From Octopus vulgaris (taxonomy: Eukaryota), in assembly GCA_951406725.2 (NCBI GenBank), contig OX597835.1, forward strand, positions 26,970,001 to 27,034,000: a stretch of 64,000 bases of DNA. The letters run 5' to 3'. The position numbers and the translations under genes are program-made. This document shows positions 60,020 through 64,000 of this stretch, one piece after another. The notes under the pieces were generated by a model that made no database searches, had not been told where the DNA came from, and saw only the letters and a list, made by a program, of their open reading frames with translations. Every line of letters starts with the position of its first letter. Within the stretch, counting starts at the first letter, position 1.

Positions 60020-60900
60020 TTAAAGTGAGAAATCCCAACGAATGAAGCGCTGATATCTAAACTAAAAAACGGATTGAACCATACACTGATTCTTGTTTTA
60101 TTTTTACGTTTAAAGACAATGCCATTATTTTGTATGTAGTAGATTTTATCAGTGGAATTACTTTTGCGTAATGCCCCACAATAATGGTGTGCGATGCTGT
60201 GAAAAGTGGAATCGTCGTAAGCAGATCAATATGCGTTTATTAATGTTAGACATTAGGTATCTTAAAATTGTGGGAGTATGGTTTAAATTCTTTGAGATAT
60301 TCAATAATTTTTTGTTTTGTTTACCGTAAAGGTAACGTTTAGTTGTATCTAAGATTAAAGAGATTTCCAAGAATTTAACTACACTAAGATTAATATCAAG
60401 CCTAACATTTATATCTAATCCCTTAAATATATCTATTAGACCTTTTCTAAATTTATCTAAATCATGATCTTTGTCGTATACGAATTAATTAAACCATCGT
60501 CTCGATATAAACCTCTCCACAAAGAAGTGTGTCTTATTTCAAGAGTGTTTAAAATATAAAGTCTTAAATTTTCGCAGAATCCCGCTTAGCTGAGATGATA
60601 AATAGTTATATTAAACACATAATCTACGTTCTTTTTAACGCAGGTTGAATTATCGAAGAAGAGGTGTATCTTCCTCACACAATATTCTTGATATCCAATA
60701 AAGATATTTAACAAAACATTACATACGAAGACTTCGGCTTTATGACAAAGAGATTTAGTCTTGTGGGATAAAATTCTATTATGTCGAATTGTATTGTATA
60801 TAACTGGTGCCGATGAAACTCTCTGCCAGAGACGATGCTTTCCACAATGGATGAGAAATGGTAAATTAATACATTTGAGGATAATGGCAGTTAGAATATG
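60020..60900 (-). mobile_element. Highly decayed Penelope-like RT fragment (second lineage)
   Basis: IQFDIIEFYPT, GLYRDDGLI, ..LNISKNLNHTPTILRYL..INKRI, VWFNP in correct order on minus strand. Confidence 0.82.
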
Positions 60901-61034
60901 TATGCTTACTTTTCTTAGCTGACTTTGGGATTAATTCACCTACATTTCAAATAACTAAAGAAATTGGTTTGTTGTTTTAAAGATATAGGGCATATATTTT
61001 CATACATACATAGACACAAATTCAAACACAAACG

Positions 61035-61067
61035 TAAGCGCACACACATACATACACACACAAACAA

Positions 61068-61106
<39 letters not shown>

Positions 61107-61244
61107 ATATGTATTTTGTATGCACATACAAGCATACAAAATACATATTGTAGTAAATATTATATAAACGTATGAGTTTGTGTATATATACATATATATA
61201 TATGCATATATGTAATCTGTATTCATACACATACACACACATGT

Positions 61245-61275
<31 letters not shown>

Positions 61276-61355
61276 CAAACTCATACGTTTATATAATATT
61301 TACTACAATATGTATTTTGTATGCTTGTATGTGCATACAAAATACATATACATAT

Positions 61356-61400
<45 letters not shown>

Positions 61401-61433
61401 TTGTTTGTGTGTGTATGTATGTGCGTGCGCTTA
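61035..61433. repeat. ~400-bp palindrome of microsatellite-like DNA
   Basis: ..CAAAATACATATTGTAGTAAATATTATATAAACGTATGAGTTTGTG and its reverse complement; spacer ~50 bp. Confidence 0.9.
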
Positions 61434-61487
61434 TGTATATATATATATATATGTATATATGTATATATGTATGTATGTGCGTGCGCT

Positions 61488-61554
<67 letters not shown>

Positions 61555-61803
61555 ATATATATGTATATATGTATATATATGTATATATATATGTATATAT
61601 GTATATATATATAATGTATATATATATGCATATATATGCATATGTATATATATTTATATATTACATATCTATGCTGTGTGTGTGAGTGTGTGTGTGTATG
61701 TGTGTGTGTATGCGTGTGTAGGTGTGTGTTGGAGAGAGAGAATTTTGATACGAGAAAATGCAATGAACAGGCTTTCTGAGAAATAACAAAATTTGTTTCG
61801 ATG

Positions 61804-61993
<190 letters not shown>

Positions 61994-62267
61994 TTGATAG
62001 ATAGTTCTGTGTGTATGTATGTATGTATGCATGTATGCGTACATGTATAGGCAATTTCGAGACAACCCCGTTATATTAGCAATACAGCATTCCCGGGGAA
62101 AATACTTGCCATTGTAGTGCTAGGTCATATCAGTTGCAAAGGCATGTAATTAACCGTCCGTGTTTCGGTGACCATAAATACACCCACATACGCACACGCG
62201 CTCACTCACACACACATACACATATACGCACACATGTAGATATACATATATATATATAGAGATATAT

Positions 62268-62333
<66 letters not shown>

Positions 62334-62339
62334 CTATAT

Positions 62340-62448
62340 ATATGTGTGTGTGTGTGTGTGTGTTTGTGTGTCTATGTGTTCCCCTACCATCGCTCGACAA
62401 CCGATGCTGGTGTGTTTATGACCCCGTAAACACAGACACACACACAAA

Positions 62449-62480
<32 letters not shown>

Positions 62481-62754
62481 GTGTAGTAAGAAGCTTGCTT
62501 CCCAACCACATGGTTCCAAGTTCAGTGCCACTGCTAGCGCCTTGGGCAAGTGTCTTCTAATATGTCCTCAAGCTGACCAAAACCTTGTGAGTGGATTTTG
62601 GAAGACGGAAACTGAAAAAGCCTGTCGTAAATATATGTATGTGTGTGTGTGTGTGTGTGTGCGCGCGCGCGCGTTTGTGTGTGTGTCTGTGTTCACGGGG
62701 ACGTAAACACACCAGCATCGGTTGTCGAGCGATGGTAGGGGAACACAGACATAG

Positions 62755-62799
<45 letters not shown>

Positions 62800-62960
62800 C
62801 ATATACAAAACGTGCTTCTTTCAGTTTCCGTCTACCAAATCCACTCCCAAGGCTTTGGTCGGCTAGAGACTGTATTAAAAGACACTTGTCCATGTTGCCT
62901 AAGGTACCACGCAGCGGGACTGAACCCGAAACCATGTAGTTGGGAAGCAATGGTCTTATC
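62340..62960. mobile_element. Rearranged SINE family A pieces in both orientations
   Basis: + middle 62375-62430, + head 62481-62628, - middle 62693-62750, - head 62810-62960. Confidence 0.8.
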
Positions 62961-63018
62961 ACTATATACGTATATATATGCATACATACATACAGACAGA
63001 CAGACAGACACCTAGATT

Positions 63019-63092
<74 letters not shown>

Positions 63093-63097
63093 GAGAG

Positions 63098-63177
<80 letters not shown>

Positions 63178-63178
<1 letters not shown>

Positions 63179-64000
63179 TGTTTCTTTATTAGCCACACAG
63201 GGCTGCACACAGATAGAACAAATTACAAGGTAGAGCTTTTCTTTTGAAGGTTTAAAAAAATAAAAAAATAAAAAATAAATAAAAAAAAATAAAATAAAAA
63301 TAAAATAAAAGAGGGGGGTGGTCGATCAAAAGGGATCGTAAAAGGAGAGAAAGAGGACAAAAAAAAGGGGGAGAGGAAAAATTTGATCAATAGGGATCGT
63401 TATCACAGAAATGTCAATATGAAGTGTAAAGGGGAGGACAGGTGAGGTTTAACCGTGGAAGGAAAAGCCTACGGAAAAGACCACGGTAACCTCGGTCAAT
63501 GAAGTCACATGTTATATTTCTTTTTTTTTTTTTTTTTGCAAATAAGCAACTCTCTGTATTAATTTTTACGGTTCATAGAATCATAGTCAAGGTGGCTTCG
63601 TCATTCATACGTGCCATCCTTGCTACATTCACCCATCTTTTTTTAAAACATTCACTAGACAAAACTTGCCTCTCTACTCTCACTTTTTTCTTCAAGTGAT
63701 ACTTGAAGAAGTTGATGAAAGATTGACCAGAGAGGAAAGTGTTTGTCTCTAATCCTTTCAGACGCGTCCACCAGATACATTCTTTCGCCATAGCCACAAG
63801 TATGATAAAAATAGCTCTTCCTTCCCGTTTGAAGGAAGGAGGCGTGACGATATTAACGATAGACTCGGCTGATAAACCGACACGTCCCACACGTGACAGC
63901 AGTCGTTCGACATAAGCCCACAGGTGGGAAATTGCTGGACACTGCACGATTGCGTGCAGAGCGGTTTCGTCGCTCTGCCCGCATCTCGGGCAGGTCGGCC
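63178..64000 (-). mobile_element. Tx1/L1-like LINE 3' end (ORF2 C-terminal zinc knuckle + 3' UTR), continues beyond window
   Basis: Open frame PTCPRCGQSDETALHAIVQCP..AKECIWWTR..RW to stop at 63573; U-rich UTR; AATAAA then (ATCT)n. Confidence 0.85.

Overview
Eukaryotic, very AT-rich non-coding DNA. The SINE families and microsatellite load look like an octopus/coleoid cephalopod genome; this is recognised from memory, not searched. I can support no host gene, tRNA gene or CRISPR array. Almost all ORF-track entries are translations of (AT)n, (AC)n, (GATA)n, (TATG)n, (AAT)n or (CAT)n microsatellites. The real content is mobile DNA: three abundant tRNA-derived SINE families; decayed R4/Dong-type (RLE) retrotransposon 3' ends stacked in (AAT)n arrays with a ~560-bp non-coding partner element; RTE and Tx1/L1-like LINE fragments; two decayed Penelope-like elements; and several Tc1/mariner-type MITEs. 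The most interesting signal is a set of short non-coding, (TA)n-embedded elements carrying type I hammerhead-ribozyme motifs. There are four sequence families plus a decayed motif in a Penelope terminal repeat. Several are built as inverted arm + direct arm + short tail palindromes, including a ~1.5-kb near-perfect palindrome with a canonical-core hammerhead at each end. A second notable signal is a 3' tail shared between one SINE family and the Tx1-like LINE. All alignments and folds were done by eye, and element boundaries are approximate.
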